Below are positions 1 through 9,047 of a DNA stretch of 43,904 bases, in pieces (the stretch's first letter is position 1; the number at the start of each line of letters is the position of its first letter). Both the position numbers and the translations under genes were made by a program. This DNA is from Thermoplasmata archaeon. GTDB lineage: Archaea > Thermoplasmatota > Thermoplasmata > Lutacidiplasmatales > UBA184. The notes under the pieces were generated by a model. It had not been told where the DNA came from, ran no database searches, and saw nothing but the letters and a program-made list of their open reading frames with translations. The stretch covers positions 1-43,904 of the forward strand of contig JASIBA010000027.1 in NCBI GenBank assembly GCA_030041735.1, written 5' to 3'.

Positions 1-21
1 AACTACGCCGAGGATGCGCAG

Positions 22-1797
22 GTGGCGCATCACGCCGCGGTGCGCGCGCTCGGCGACGAGCTCGACGACCTGCTCGGCCGCCCCCTCATCGGACCCTCGA
101 AGATCGGGCTCGCATGGGAGGCCGGGCTGCGGAGCGTGGAGGACTTCCGTACCGCGGAATGGTCCACGCTGGTCGCGATCCCGGGGTTCGGACCTCCGGT
201 CGCGACGGCGTTGGTAGAGAAGCTCGGCGGAGTGGTCCCCCCGCCCCCACCCCGCGTTCCCCGCATCCGGCTCATCGCTCCGGGCGAGAACGGCGGCCAC
301 GCTCCCGCCGGGCCGGAGCCCCTGGTCCCCCCGTCGGAACTCCCAGCGCTGGTCGCCACCGCTCCGGCGAACTCCGCGCCGCGCTTGCCTCCGCTTCCTC
401 GGCCGCTCGTGGCGCCGTCTCCCGCCCCGTTCGTCGCCGCGCCGGTGGCCCCGGAACCGCCCCCGGCCCCGCCGATCGCGGTCCCCGTTCCGCCGCCAGC
501 CCCTCCCCCAGAGGAGGTCGGCGATGCCCCGACCCGATCCGCCTCGGTGGAGGCAGAACCCGCGCCGGTCGACTTCGATCGAGGGGAGGGCGCCTCCCCC
601 TCGCCCGATCTGGCCGCGGAGTCGTCGTCGCCGGATACTCCGGCTCCCTACGTTCCCCCCGAGCCCGGAGGAGAGTCCACCCACCCGGTCGATACTCCGG
701 CGGAGCCCGAAGTCCCGGTGACGGCCGACGAGGGAGGTCCACCGCAAGTAGCACCGACGGAGATCACGGGTCCGGAGCCTGCGCTCCCGGCGCCCCAGCC
801 CGAGGTCGCACTCCCGCCGCCGGAGGTCACTCTGGAAGCGCTTCCTTCACCGCCACCGATACCCGCGCTCGCCGAGCCCGGCGCCGCGGCGCCCGGAGGA
901 GCCCCCGTGTTGGATCCCCCGGAATCGACGCCCGCCTCGATCGAATCGCCCCGAGACCTCGCGAGCGGTGGGCCCGAGCCGAGCGAGACTCCCGTGGCGT
1001 CGGAGGCCGAGCTCTCGCCAGCCCCGACCGAACAGCCACCGCCGCCAGAAGCGATCCCTGAGCCTCCCCCCGCGGCCGCAGAGGGTCCGGAGCCGGCCGC
1101 GTCGGTCACGGGATCCCCCGAGTCGCCGCCTCTTGCGGAGCCTCGGCCGCCGACGACCGGAGATCTCGACTCCCCCCTACCGGCTCAGGTCCCCGAAGCC
1201 CCCGCGTCTCCGTTGGGGCCGGCGCCCGCACCCGCCGAAGCGCCCCTGGCTCCCGAAGGACCGGAGCGCCCGGTCGAGGCGGCGCCGCCTCTCGGTCCCA
1301 CTCCGACGGCGGTTCCCGAGCTCGCCGATCCGGCGCCGGCTCCCACCGGGGGGATCGAACTCGACCTGGGGACCAGCTACCTGCCCGGACTGGAGCGCTT
1401 CCTGGATGCGACGGCCGCCGGACATCTCGGAGTCTGCGTCGTCCGCGACTCTCCCGAGCGGGTGCGCGCCTACGCGGGCCCACGCCCGGTCGAGATCCGC
1501 TGGCTCACGAACATCGGACGCGGCGCGACCCTCAAGCCGACGGACCTGGAGGGGTTCGCCGCGTTCCTCGCGCACTCGGTCTCGCAGGGCCGCGCGACGG
1601 TGTTCTTCCTGGAAGGGATCGAGTACCTCATCCGGCTGCACGGGCTCGACCGCATGATCGCCCAGCTCACCGTGTTCGACGAGCTCGCGCGGGCTCACTC
1701 GGCCCGTGTCTGGCTGCACCTGAACCCCAAGCTCCTCTCGCCGGCCGAACTGGAGCGCTTTGTCGCGACGTTCGGTCCGACGGGCACGACCGGTTGA
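22..1797 (+). CDS. (HhH)2 / Pro-Ala-Glu-rich linker / DUF835-like C-terminal domain protein; may be 5'-truncated by the window edge
   Basis: The frame is open from nt 1, with the first GTG at 22. The N-terminus has helix-hairpin-helix-like 'IGPSKIGLAWEAGLRSVEDF...IPGFGPPVATALVEKLGG'. A low-complexity P/A/E region of about 400 aa follows. The C-terminus 'GVCVVRDSPERV...IRWLTNI...ATVFFLEGIEYLIRLHGLDRMIAQLTVFDELARAHSARVWLHLNPKLLSPAELERF' matches the DUF835 pattern from memory. Confidence 0.7.
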   Translation: MAHHAAVRALGDELDDLLGRPLIGPSKIGLAWEAGLRSVEDFRTAEWSTLVAIPGFGPPVATALVEKLGGVVPPPPPRVPRIRLIAPGENGGHAPAGPEPLVPPSELPALVATAPANSAPRLPPLPRPLVAPSPAPFVAAPVAPEPPPAPPIAVPVPPPAPPPEEVGDAPTRSASVEAEPAPVDFDRGEGASPSPDLAAESSSPDTPAPYVPPEPGGESTHPVDTPAEPEVPVTADEGGPPQVAPTEITGPEPALPAPQPEVALPPPEVTLEALPSPPPIPALAEPGAAAPGGAPVLDPPESTPASIESPRDLASGGPEPSETPVASEAELSPAPTEQPPPPEAIPEPPPAAAEGPEPAASVTGSPESPPLAEPRPPTTGDLDSPLPAQVPEAPASPLGPAPAPAEAPLAPEGPERPVEAAPPLGPTPTAVPELADPAPAPTGGIELDLGTSYLPGLERFLDATAAGHLGVCVVRDSPERVRAYAGPRPVEIRWLTNIGRGATLKPTDLEGFAAFLAHSVSQGRATVFFLEGIEYLIRLHGLDRMIAQLTVFDELARAHSARVWLHLNPKLLSPAELERFVATFGPTGTTG

Positions 1798-1847
1798 CCG
1801 CCCTCGGGTCACGAGCTCTCTCGGAAGATAGATAACCCCGAAGACGG

Positions 1848-2624
1848 GTGCGCCCGAGAATGGCGAGCGGCCGTCCGGGAACCTTCGGGACCCGTCGCTG
1901 GGTCCCGCTCGCGGCGGTCGGGATGCTCGCCGTGGTGCTGTTCGCTCTCCCGGCGGCGTCGCTGGCGTCGCCGACGGCGGCGTCCGTCCGCACCAGCCTC
2001 GCACCGGCCGCCTCCAACGGCCTGTACGCCCAGGCGACCTGGAACGGCGCGAACATCCGAAACTATCCGTCCGCGACGTCGGCCGCCCACATCGGCTTCA
2101 ACGGCGTCGCGAACGTCTACTACAACTGGTCGTCGCTCGGCGGCGTCGCCGGGGTCGGCGCGCCCCTGTACACGATCAACGATTCGCGGCTCCAGATCTT
2201 CTACTTCGGGTTCGCGCTCGCGACCCGGGATGTGATCAACTCGGCCGCGGCCCCCGCGACGAGCGGCTCGTTCTCGATGAACTGGTCGACGGGCGCGCTC
2301 GAGTACGTGCTCGAGGGCAGCTACAAGCTCGTGGCGAGCCTCATCGCGACCAACGGGACCACCGTGTGGAGCCAGGCGTTCTGGGTGTACGTCGCCGCTC
2401 CGTTCTACGTCGGGGCTGTGCTTCCGATCGTCCTGATCCTCCTGCTCATCTGGGAGCTCTACAACGTCGCCACCGTCGGCAAGTACGCGACGCTCGGCGC
2501 CTCGAAGGCCCCGCCCACCCCGCCCGCGGGCGAGGAGACCCCGAGCACTCCTCCGGCCGCCCCGGAATCCGCCGAACCCTCGCCGACCGAGTCGCCGACC
2601 CCGCCGAGTGAGGGAGGCTCGTGA
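1848..2624 (+). CDS. Hypothetical secreted or membrane-anchored protein (signal peptide, one C-terminal TM helix, Pro-rich tail)
   Basis: Hydrophobic N-terminus 'WVPLAAVGMLAVVLFALPAASLA', an extracellular part with NxS/T sequons, the TM 'APFYVGAVLPIVLILLLIWELY', and the tail 'PPTPPAGEETPSTPPAAPESAEPSPTESPTPP'. An alternative ATG at 1860 fits a TATA-like 'aagatagataa' at about 1825-1835. Confidence 0.6.
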   Translation: MRPRMASGRPGTFGTRRWVPLAAVGMLAVVLFALPAASLASPTAASVRTSLAPAASNGLYAQATWNGANIRNYPSATSAAHIGFNGVANVYYNWSSLGGVAGVGAPLYTINDSRLQIFYFGFALATRDVINSAAAPATSGSFSMNWSTGALEYVLEGSYKLVASLIATNGTTVWSQAFWVYVAAPFYVGAVLPIVLILLLIWELYNVATVGKYATLGASKAPPTPPAGEETPSTPPAAPESAEPSPTESPTPPSEGGS

Positions 2625-2857
2625 GCGCCACCACCTCAGGGGTCGCCGCTGGCATCGTCCTGGGGATCGTCGGCGTGCTGCTGGCGCAGCAGCTCGGGTT
2701 CCTGGGGCTCAGCGACCTCGTGCGCGCGATTGAGTACCTGGTGGTCGCCGCGATCGTGGGCGGCATCCTGTTCGGTGTGATCGGATGGGCACTGGGTCGG
2801 CGCTACCTCGCCCGGCACGCGTCCACCTCCGGGACACCTCCCGGTTCGGACGACTAG
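2621..2857 (+). CDS. Small two-TM membrane protein
   Basis: The GTG start overlaps the upstream stop (GTGA). Two hydrophobic helices 'GVAAGIVLGIVGVLLAQQLGFLGL' and 'YLVVAAIVGGILFGVIGWALG'. High GC3. Confidence 0.5.
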   Translation: MSATTSGVAAGIVLGIVGVLLAQQLGFLGLSDLVRAIEYLVVAAIVGGILFGVIGWALGRRYLARHASTSGTPPGSDD

Positions 2858-3006
2858 GGCGCGTCGCCGGCGACGCGCCCGGAACGGTACGCGCGTCCCT
2901 ACCCTTAAGAGGGGGAGGCCCACCTCAATTCGGTGTGACCTTCCGTCCCCCGATCGGGCGGTCGGCCGCCGTTGTCGTTCGGGCCGGGGGGAGAGGCGTC
3001 TAGCGG

Positions 3007-4062
3007 ATGTCGTGGGTCGAAGATAGCCCGCGGTCCGCGCCCCCTCCCCCACCGCCTCCACCTCCGCCGCCGCCTCCGACGCCCCCGGTCGGTCCCGGAC
3101 CGTCCCCTCCCCGTTCGAGGGGCCGGCTCGCCCAGCGCCTCTCGGACCCTCGGGTCCGACGCCTCGCGCTTTCGCTCTCGCTGCTCGTGGGCTTCGTCCT
3201 CAGTGTCGTGTCGCTCGGCACGGCGTGGTGGGCGTACAGCTACTCGGGCGGCGGCACGTCCGACTCCGTCCTCTTCGATCCCGGCGCCACCTACTCGGTC
3301 AGCTGCTCCGGCTCGGGGTGCGGCGGCTTCGTCTCCGGCGCGTCCTCGTACAGTTCCTGGGGGGGCTCGATCGCGTCGATCTACGGGGGCCTGGAAGTCG
3401 GGCTCATCGCGGCGGTGGCGGTCGCGGGGGTCGCCACGCTGTTCGGCCTGCTCTTCATCTTCGGCCGCGGTCCCCGGATGCTCGGGTTCGTGGGCCCGCT
3501 GCTGGGCGTGGTCTCCGGGGCGACGCTGCTCGGGTTGGGCGCGTGGGTCGTCTCGAGCCAGCCCGGAGCGTTCGGAAGCGGGGTGACCTTCCTGGGGACC
3601 CACTCCGGGGGGCCCTCCCCCGCGAGCTCGTTCTGGGGATCCGCCGCCGGCGGAGGCGCGACGGCCACCTGGGGCGCCGGTGCGGGGTGGTACGGAGCGC
3701 TCGTCGGCGGGGTGCTCCTCTTGGCGGTCTCGTGCGTGCTCGTCCTGCTCGTGCGGGCGCGCGCTCCCCGCCCCTCCCCGTACACCGAACGTGCGTTCGC
3801 GACCAGCGCCCGTCACGAGACCGGGACGCCGCCGGTCTACGCGCCCACGGTCCGCGTCGCCGCCGCGCCGACCCCGCCGCGCGCGTACACCGCGCCTCCG
3901 CTCAGCGCGCCCGTGCAGGCGTCCGCGAAGACGCCGGTGCCCGTACTCATCAAGAAGTCCGGCGCGCCCGAGCCCACCGTCGACTGCCCGGCCTGCGGCT
4001 ACGCGAACTCGAGCCGCGCGAAGACCTGCGCGTACTGCCAGCGCCCGATGCGGTCGACCTAG
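3007..4062 (+). CDS. Polytopic membrane protein with an N-terminal 13-proline run and a C-terminal zinc ribbon
   Basis: The N-terminal 'SAPPPPPPPPPPPPPTPP' run, several TM helices, and C-terminal 'CPACGYANSSRAKTCAYC' (CxxC-N10-CxxC). Confidence 0.65.
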   Translation: MSWVEDSPRSAPPPPPPPPPPPPPTPPVGPGPSPPRSRGRLAQRLSDPRVRRLALSLSLLVGFVLSVVSLGTAWWAYSYSGGGTSDSVLFDPGATYSVSCSGSGCGGFVSGASSYSSWGGSIASIYGGLEVGLIAAVAVAGVATLFGLLFIFGRGPRMLGFVGPLLGVVSGATLLGLGAWVVSSQPGAFGSGVTFLGTHSGGPSPASSFWGSAAGGGATATWGAGAGWYGALVGGVLLLAVSCVLVLLVRARAPRPSPYTERAFATSARHETGTPPVYAPTVRVAAAPTPPRAYTAPPLSAPVQASAKTPVPVLIKKSGAPEPTVDCPACGYANSSRAKTCAYCQRPMRST

Positions 4063-5828
4063 CGGGCCGCGCGCGGCGCGCCGGCCTGTTCGACCCACGC
4101 GCGGACGCGGGCCTCGACCTCCCCCAGGGGGAGGCCTCCCTCGCCCAGGACGACGTCGTGGAACGCGCGGACGTCGAACCGGTCGCCCAGCGCGCGCTCC
4201 GCGTACGTCCGCAGTTCACGGAACTTGAGCTGCCCGATCTTGTACGCGAGGGCCTGGCCAGGCACGACGATGTACCGGTCGACCTCGACCTGGATATCGA
4301 GGTCGCTCATCCCGGTGTGCTCGCGGAAGAACGCGATCGCCCGGTCTCGGCTCCACCCGAGGGCGTGCATGCCCGTGTCCACGACCAGGCGGATCGACCG
4401 CCACATCTCGAAGTCCAGCGACCCGAACTTCGAGTACGGGTCCTTGTAGAGGCCGAGCTCCTCACCGAGGCTCTCGGCATAGAGCCCCCACCCCTCCACG
4501 AAGGCGGTCTCGCCGCTGTGCTTGCGGAAGTCGGGGACGTCCTCGAGCTCCTCGGCCAGCGCGATCTGGAGATGGTGGCCGGGCACCGCCTCGTGAAGGG
4601 TGAGCGCCTCCATCCGCCAGCGCGGGCGTGCGGTGAGGTCGTAGGTGTTCGCGAAGTAGATCCCGGGCCGGCCGGTCTCGGGCGAGCCCGACATGTAGTA
4701 GGCCCCGGGGCTGCTCGGTGCGGCGTAGTCGGGCACCGCCTGCACCCCGTACGGCAGGCGCGGCAGCCGCCCGAACCTCCGAGGGAGCTCGGGATCGATC
4801 CGCTTCGCGAGGGCGCGCACGCTCTCGATCATCTCCTCGGGCGTGCGGTACCGGAACTGCGCGTCGCTCCGCAGGAAGCGGTAGAACTCGGGGAGGTCCC
4901 CTCCGAAGCCGGTGGCGTGGAGCAGCGCCCCCATCTCCTCCTGGATCCGGCGGACCTCGGAGAGCCCGATCTCGTGGATCTGCTCGGCCGAGAGGTCGAG
5001 CGTGGTCGTCCAGCGGACGTGGTGGTCGTACATCGGCCGACCGCCGGGAAGATCGGAGAACGCGATGGTCGACCGCGCCGCCGGAAGATATTCGTCGACG
5101 AGGTAACGGTGGAGGCGGAGCACCGCCGGTCGCACGTCCGCCCGGTACGCGGCGCGGGCCTCGTCGGTCAGCCGCACCCGATCCGCCTCGGGGATCGACC
5201 GGGGGAGCTCCTTGAACGCGTCGAGGAGGGCGCTCTGGTCCGGGTCCTCGGGCGCGAGCCCCTCGACCTGCGCCGGCAGACCCGCGATCGCCACGCGGGG
5301 CGGCAGGAATCCCTGTCGGACGCCTTCGCGCAGGAGCGCCAGGTTCTGATCGAGCGCCGTCGGGAGCGCCCGGATCCGGGCGACGATCGCGGCGACGTCG
5401 CGCGCGTGCTCCCGGGGCTGGACCGGCAGCAGCTGGCCCGCCGTGAGGTGGATCCCGTCCATCTGGCTGAGCGGCATCCGCAGATTGTGCGCCCACCCGA
5501 AGTGGAACGGGATCGCGTCGTCGCCGTACCCCACCCCGACCTCGGCGAGCGTGACGAGCCGGTCGTAGAGGCGATGGTTCAGCTGCTCGGGAGGCGACAG
5601 GCGATTCGGATCGATCCGCCGGAGACCGACCGCCGTCGCCTCGAGGTGCCGTCGGCGCGTCGCGATCCCCGCCGGGGAATCGTCCGTCCACCGGTCGTCC
5701 TGGCCCGGGTACCCGGTCGCGGTGGCGACCTCGGGCGCCTCTTCCATCCAATGGGCCCAGTCGTCCTTCAGGAAGGTCCGGAAGTCGCGGTCCGCCTCGC
5801 TTCGCCGATGGGCCTCGCGCTCGACCAA
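4059..5828 (-). CDS. DUF885 family protein (putative metallopeptidase-like)
   Basis: Carries 'HEAVPGHHLQ' (the HExxPGHHxQ hallmark) and family-like blocks 'FVEGWGLYAE' and 'YIVVPGQALAYKIG'. The start is uncertain. TTG at 5828 precedes the conserved N-terminal block 'FRTFLKDDWAHWMEEAPEVATATGYPG'. The upstream part of the track ORF to 6158 looks non-coding (R/P/A-rich). Confidence 0.75.
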   Translation of the reverse strand: MVEREAHRRSEADRDFRTFLKDDWAHWMEEAPEVATATGYPGQDDRWTDDSPAGIATRRRHLEATAVGLRRIDPNRLSPPEQLNHRLYDRLVTLAEVGVGYGDDAIPFHFGWAHNLRMPLSQMDGIHLTAGQLLPVQPREHARDVAAIVARIRALPTALDQNLALLREGVRQGFLPPRVAIAGLPAQVEGLAPEDPDQSALLDAFKELPRSIPEADRVRLTDEARAAYRADVRPAVLRLHRYLVDEYLPAARSTIAFSDLPGGRPMYDHHVRWTTTLDLSAEQIHEIGLSEVRRIQEEMGALLHATGFGGDLPEFYRFLRSDAQFRYRTPEEMIESVRALAKRIDPELPRRFGRLPRLPYGVQAVPDYAAPSSPGAYYMSGSPETGRPGIYFANTYDLTARPRWRMEALTLHEAVPGHHLQIALAEELEDVPDFRKHSGETAFVEGWGLYAESLGEELGLYKDPYSKFGSLDFEMWRSIRLVVDTGMHALGWSRDRAIAFFREHTGMSDLDIQVEVDRYIVVPGQALAYKIGQLKFRELRTYAERALGDRFDVRAFHDVVLGEGGLPLGEVEARVRAWVEQAGAPRAAR

Positions 5829-5946
5829 CGTCGGTCCGCTCCCGGTTCGCCCCCACCGGCTCTTCGGATATGAATCCCGTTGATGGGTTCGGGACGGGGA
5901 GGCGCGGGGCGTCCCGGGGAGACCCGCGCCCTCGCGCGAAGGGTAG

Positions 5947-8900
5947 ATGTGGAGTGCCTGCGAATCCGGGTCAATGCGGGCCGGCCCAGTCGTCGTGGCC
6001 TTTCTCCTCGCCTCGCTGACGGCGGTCGGCGGAGCGATTCCCGCGGGGGCCCTCGCCGGCGACCTGACCGCGCGCGCCCACGCGAGTCCCGCGATCGCGA
6101 GCCGCGCCTCCGGCCCGCGGCCCGGCGTGCACGACGCGGCTGCCGGTCCGGCCACCATCTACCCGAACTGCACGGTGTCCCCGGGGGCGCCGCTCGCACG
6201 ATCGGGGGGGGTGTTCACGCTCACCGGTGACTACGCCGGCTCGGTGCTCGACGAGTGCGCCGGAAGCTTCCTCAACGGGGACGGCGCCACGATCACTTCC
6301 TCCGCCGCGCTCCTCTTCGGAGTGAGTCTCAACACCACCGCGAATGTCACCGTCGAGAACCTCACGGTCGCCGGGGATCCGGTCTACGGCGTGGCGGTCC
6401 TGAACACGTCCGATGCGCTCGTGGAGAACGTCAGCGTCGCCGCCGGGGTAGGATCCGGGGTCTACGCGGTCGACGACTCGGGCGTCGTCGTGGACCGGGT
6501 CGGCGCGAACGGCACGACGGGGTACGGCGTGTTCTTCGGCGTCGTGAGCGGCGGGAGGATCGCCGCCTCGTACGCGGAGGGCGGCAGCACAGGCTTCGCG
6601 ATCGAGGGATCCTCCGCCGTCGCGCTCACGAGCTCGAACGGCGACGCGAACCCTGCGGCCGTGGTCGCGGTCGGCAGCACGAACGTCACCCTCGCGGGGG
6701 ACGAGCTCAACGGTGCGGAGGTCGGGATCTACGCGGTCCTCAGCTCGGGCCTCCACGTCCGGGCCGTGAACTCCACGGACTCGGAGTACGGGATCTTCGC
6801 CCGTCAGACCGATGACCTTGCGGTGGCCGACTCGAACTTCAGCGACGCGACGGACGACGGCCTCAACGCGCTCCTCGCGGACGGCCTCGAGCTGAGCGAC
6901 TCGAATCTCTCCGGCGCTGCGGACGTCGGCGTCGAGCTGAACCAGAGCTCGGGCGCCGAGCTCGTGGGCGACCTCGCGAATTCGACGGGGGGCGACGGGA
7001 TCGACGTCCAGGACTCCGCGCAGGTCACGCTCGAGGACTCGTTCGCGTCGGCGGACCGGTACACGGGACTGCGGATCGCCAACTCCTCGGGGGTCGCGAG
7101 CGTCGACGATCACTTCGACGATGAGACCGCGCCCGCGGCGAACGGGACCCTCGTGTCCCACTCGTCGAACGTCTCGGTCACCGGCGACTCCGACGACGGG
7201 GAGCTCGTGGGCCTGCTCGACGCGGGCTCCAGCGGCGTCGCGGTGACCGCGGCGAACGCGAGCCACGACTTCGAGGGATTCGCGTTCGTCAACGACCGGG
7301 GCATCGCGCTGGACGGCCTGTCCGCGTTCCACGACTCCTTCGGCGTGACGCTCGTCGGGTCCACCGACGATTCGGTCGCGGGTACGTCGGTGGTCGATCC
7401 GGTCGCGGAAGTACCGGAGCTGGGGTCCGCCGGATTCGACCTCGAGTTCACCGACGAGGTGACGCTCGCGAACTCCTCGGTGCGCGGGGCCGCCTCGACG
7501 CCGGCGACCTACGGCGTCGAGGACGTCAACGGGACGTCCGACCTGCTCGAGAACCTCTCGGTGAGCGACGTCGACTACGGCGTCTGGGCCAACATCACGC
7601 TGAACTCGACCTTCGACGCGGTCAACGTCTCGGCGGCGACCGACGCCGCCCTCGCGCTCAACGGGACGTTCGGGCTGCTCGTGGAGAACGGGAACTTCTC
7701 CGACAGCGGTGCCGGTTTCACCGCCGGATCGCTGATCGGGGCGGACCAGATCCTGGGGAACACCTTCTACAACGACACGGAGGACTTCGCGTTCGCCGCC
7801 GACCACCTGTTCGACGTCGCGATCTACTGGAACAATTTCATCGACGGGCACGGCTGGTCCGTCCAGGCGGACGGGGCCTCGAACGCCTCGGTCCGCTTCG
7901 CGGACGGGTACCCGGGCGGCGGCAACTACTGGAGCAACTGGACGAGTCCCGACACTCAGCACGGCCCGTACCAGAACCTGTCGGGGCCGGACGGCATCGT
8001 CGACCAGCCGCTCCTCATCAACGGCTCGATCGAGGACCCCTATCCGCTGACCTTCCCCATCTCGCTCTCGGTCCTCAGCGTCACCTTCAACGAGACCGGG
8101 CTGCCCGCCGGAGATGCCTGGACCGTCAACTTCAACGGCACCAACCAGACGACGGTCGGAACGTGGATGTCGTTCCCGATGAACGTCGCCGCGTTCGGGT
8201 TCCCGTTCGACTACTACGTGACGGCTCCGAGCGGCTGGCGCACCGAGCCCTCGGTCGGCCTCGTCGTCACGGACGGCCGCCCGCAGACGGTCACGATCGA
8301 CTTCCTTCCGGACCTCTACCCGGCGACGATCAACGCCACCGGGCTCCCGGCGGGCAATCCGTGGACGATCTCGTTGAACGGGACGTCGTACACCAGCATC
8401 ATGGAGACCCTGGAGCTACCGCTGGCGGACGGGACGTACCCGTTCTCCGTGCTGCCGGTCGCGGGCTACGTCGGCTCGCCGATGTCGGGAGATCTCGTCG
8501 TGCGCGGAGGCCCGGCGTCGCTCAACCTCACGTTCGTCCCGGTCCTCTATCCCATCTCCGTCACCGAGCGCGGACTCCCGGCGGGGACGAACTGGAGCGT
8601 GACCCTGGGCAGCGCGACCCGGTCGTCCACGTCGGCGACGATCTCGTTCGCGGTCGCCAACGGCAGCGTCGCCTTCGCCGTGGCCAACGTCACCGGCTAT
8701 TCGCTCGAAAACGGCGCCGGCTCCCTGACGATCGCCGGCACCGGGGTCGCGATCTTCGTCGGGTTCGTCGCGAACGCCACCTCGCCCTCGTCGGCGACGA
8801 GCAGCCCGCTCTTCTGGGGCCTGCTCGCCGTGATCGGGGTCCTCGCTATCGCGCTCGTCGTCGTCGCGCTCTCGCGCGGCCGCCGGCGCGCCCCTCCGAC

Positions 8901-9012
8901 CGCCGGGTCCGGAGCTCCGGTCGCCGCCCCCGCCGCCGGTCCGACGAGCACGGGAGCGCCGGCCGAGGGGCCGGGACCGCCGACCCTGCCCGAGGCCGAC
9001 TGGAAGGAGTGA
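5947..9012 (+). CDS. Large cell-surface glycoprotein: signal peptide, right-handed beta-helix (PbH1/NosD-like) repeats, three 'ETGLP' domains, TM anchor and Pro-rich tail
   Basis: Signal peptide 'MRAGPVVVAFLLASLTAVGGAIPAGALA' (alternative ATG at 5974). Periodicity of about 22 aa, for example 'NVTVENLTVAG..YGVAVLNTSDALVENVSVAAG..GVYAVDDSGVVVDRVGANG'. Dozens of NxS/T sequons. C-terminal TM 'LFWGLLAVIGVLAIALVVVAL' followed by 'SRGRRR'. Confidence 0.8.
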   Translation: MWSACESGSMRAGPVVVAFLLASLTAVGGAIPAGALAGDLTARAHASPAIASRASGPRPGVHDAAAGPATIYPNCTVSPGAPLARSGGVFTLTGDYAGSVLDECAGSFLNGDGATITSSAALLFGVSLNTTANVTVENLTVAGDPVYGVAVLNTSDALVENVSVAAGVGSGVYAVDDSGVVVDRVGANGTTGYGVFFGVVSGGRIAASYAEGGSTGFAIEGSSAVALTSSNGDANPAAVVAVGSTNVTLAGDELNGAEVGIYAVLSSGLHVRAVNSTDSEYGIFARQTDDLAVADSNFSDATDDGLNALLADGLELSDSNLSGAADVGVELNQSSGAELVGDLANSTGGDGIDVQDSAQVTLEDSFASADRYTGLRIANSSGVASVDDHFDDETAPAANGTLVSHSSNVSVTGDSDDGELVGLLDAGSSGVAVTAANASHDFEGFAFVNDRGIALDGLSAFHDSFGVTLVGSTDDSVAGTSVVDPVAEVPELGSAGFDLEFTDEVTLANSSVRGAASTPATYGVEDVNGTSDLLENLSVSDVDYGVWANITLNSTFDAVNVSAATDAALALNGTFGLLVENGNFSDSGAGFTAGSLIGADQILGNTFYNDTEDFAFAADHLFDVAIYWNNFIDGHGWSVQADGASNASVRFADGYPGGGNYWSNWTSPDTQHGPYQNLSGPDGIVDQPLLINGSIEDPYPLTFPISLSVLSVTFNETGLPAGDAWTVNFNGTNQTTVGTWMSFPMNVAAFGFPFDYYVTAPSGWRTEPSVGLVVTDGRPQTVTIDFLPDLYPATINATGLPAGNPWTISLNGTSYTSIMETLELPLADGTYPFSVLPVAGYVGSPMSGDLVVRGGPASLNLTFVPVLYPISVTERGLPAGTNWSVTLGSATRSSTSATISFAVANGSVAFAVANVTGYSLENGAGSLTIAGTGVAIFVGFVANATSPSSATSSPLFWGLLAVIGVLAIALVVVALSRGRRRAPPTAGSGAPVAAPAAGPTSTGAPAEGPGPPTLPEADWKE
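8079..8780 (+). repeat. Three tandem protein-domain repeats of about 80-90 aa of the 'TGLPAGxxW' type inside the surface protein
   Basis: 'VTFNETGLPAGDAWTVNFNGT', 'ATINATGLPAGNPWTISLNGT' and 'ISVTERGLPAGTNWSVTLGSA'. This is the same repeat family as in 36599-39054. The boundaries are approximate. Confidence 0.6.
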
Positions 9013-9047
9013 CCGACCCGAACGGCCGGGGTCGGCGCGGACGGCCC

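Noticed and set aside
9013-9035. Small GC hairpins after convergent gene ends (for example CCGACCC-N9-GGGTCGG at 9013-9035, and the imperfect structure at 18903-18969), considered as terminators.
   Set aside because: Short GC-rich stems are expected by chance at this base composition. They lack adjacent T-tracts, so they are too weak to call.
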